Shown: piece by piece, positions 63,813 to 64,000 of the stretch | Position numbering within the stretch: position 1 is the stretch's first letter | Layout of the letters: every line of letters starts with the position of its first letter | Virus record (IMG/VR): IMGVR_UViG_3300027833_000015 | Span: 89,884-153,883 of that record | DNA from: a virus | DNA length: 64,000 nucleotides | Direction: 5' to 3' (one strand) | Made by a program: the position numbers and the translations under genes | The notes under the pieces: model-generated | Seen by the model: only the letters and a program-made list of their open reading frames with translations | The model's database searches: none | What the model was told of the DNA's origin: nothing

Positions 63813-63963
63813 GAGCAATCTCCTGTCTGTATGGTGGTATCGGTTATAACCAACACCATTAGTCTGCAACTACAACTGTATTTAGGTGTAAGGTTATCCT
63901 GATCGCATTTTTACGAGCGAGAAATTTTTTCATAATTACGTTTCGGAATGAGTGGAGGTAGAG

Positions 63964-63997
63964 TAGTGGCGCATAGTGGCGCATAGTGGCGCATAGT
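63964..63997. repeat. 10-bp tandem repeat TAGTGGCGCA x3.4
   Basis: Read directly near the window end. Confidence 0.9.
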
Positions 63998-64000
63998 CGG

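Noticed and set aside
222-63902. Numerous plus-strand ORFs in the six-frame track (e.g. 4003..4656, 25643..26314, 53816..54487, 58285..58953)
   Set aside because: They are antisense shadows of well-supported minus-strand genes, without RBS or recognisable motifs. Only 46074..46490 is accepted.
1-64000. Alternative genetic code (stop-codon reassignment)
   Set aside because: Core genes translate full length with the standard code, all three stop codons are used, and no suppressor tRNA is present.

Overview
This 64-kb window is part of a T4-like (Tevenvirinae-type) myovirus genome, probably marine and probably infecting a proteobacterium (inferred from phoH, denV-like, several 2OG-Fe(II) oxygenases, spanins, IHF boxes and a VPLPA-CTERM protein). 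Almost all genes are on the minus strand. From left to right it contains: gp51/gp26, a tail-tube-like gene, gp2, gp32 and gp33; a glycosyltransferase/methyltransferase/carbamoyltransferase cluster; endolysin, phoH and nrdAB; a region of predicted capsid-targeted internal proteins, including three basic polyproteins built from modules separated by ESVEQVDE-type linkers; spanins; a five-gene late structural island whose paralogs share a C-terminal RNYxN motif; and long early regions of small genes driven by 14 copies of a ~90-bp IHF-box/sigma70-promoter/RBS cassette. The right part also carries dCMP deaminase, an HD hydrolase, DNA ligase, a MazG-like gene, tRNA-Pro and an ACP/2OG-oxygenase/AsnB-like mini-cluster. 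The strongest candidates for undescribed biology are (1) the modular, probably protease-processed capsid polyproteins with DNA-conserved linkers, (2) the IHF-promoter cassette that supplies stop codons to upstream genes, (3) a -1 slippery site fusing gp26 to gp51, and (4) the ACP-based mini-cluster. All family assignments come from motif recognition by eye; no database searches were run.
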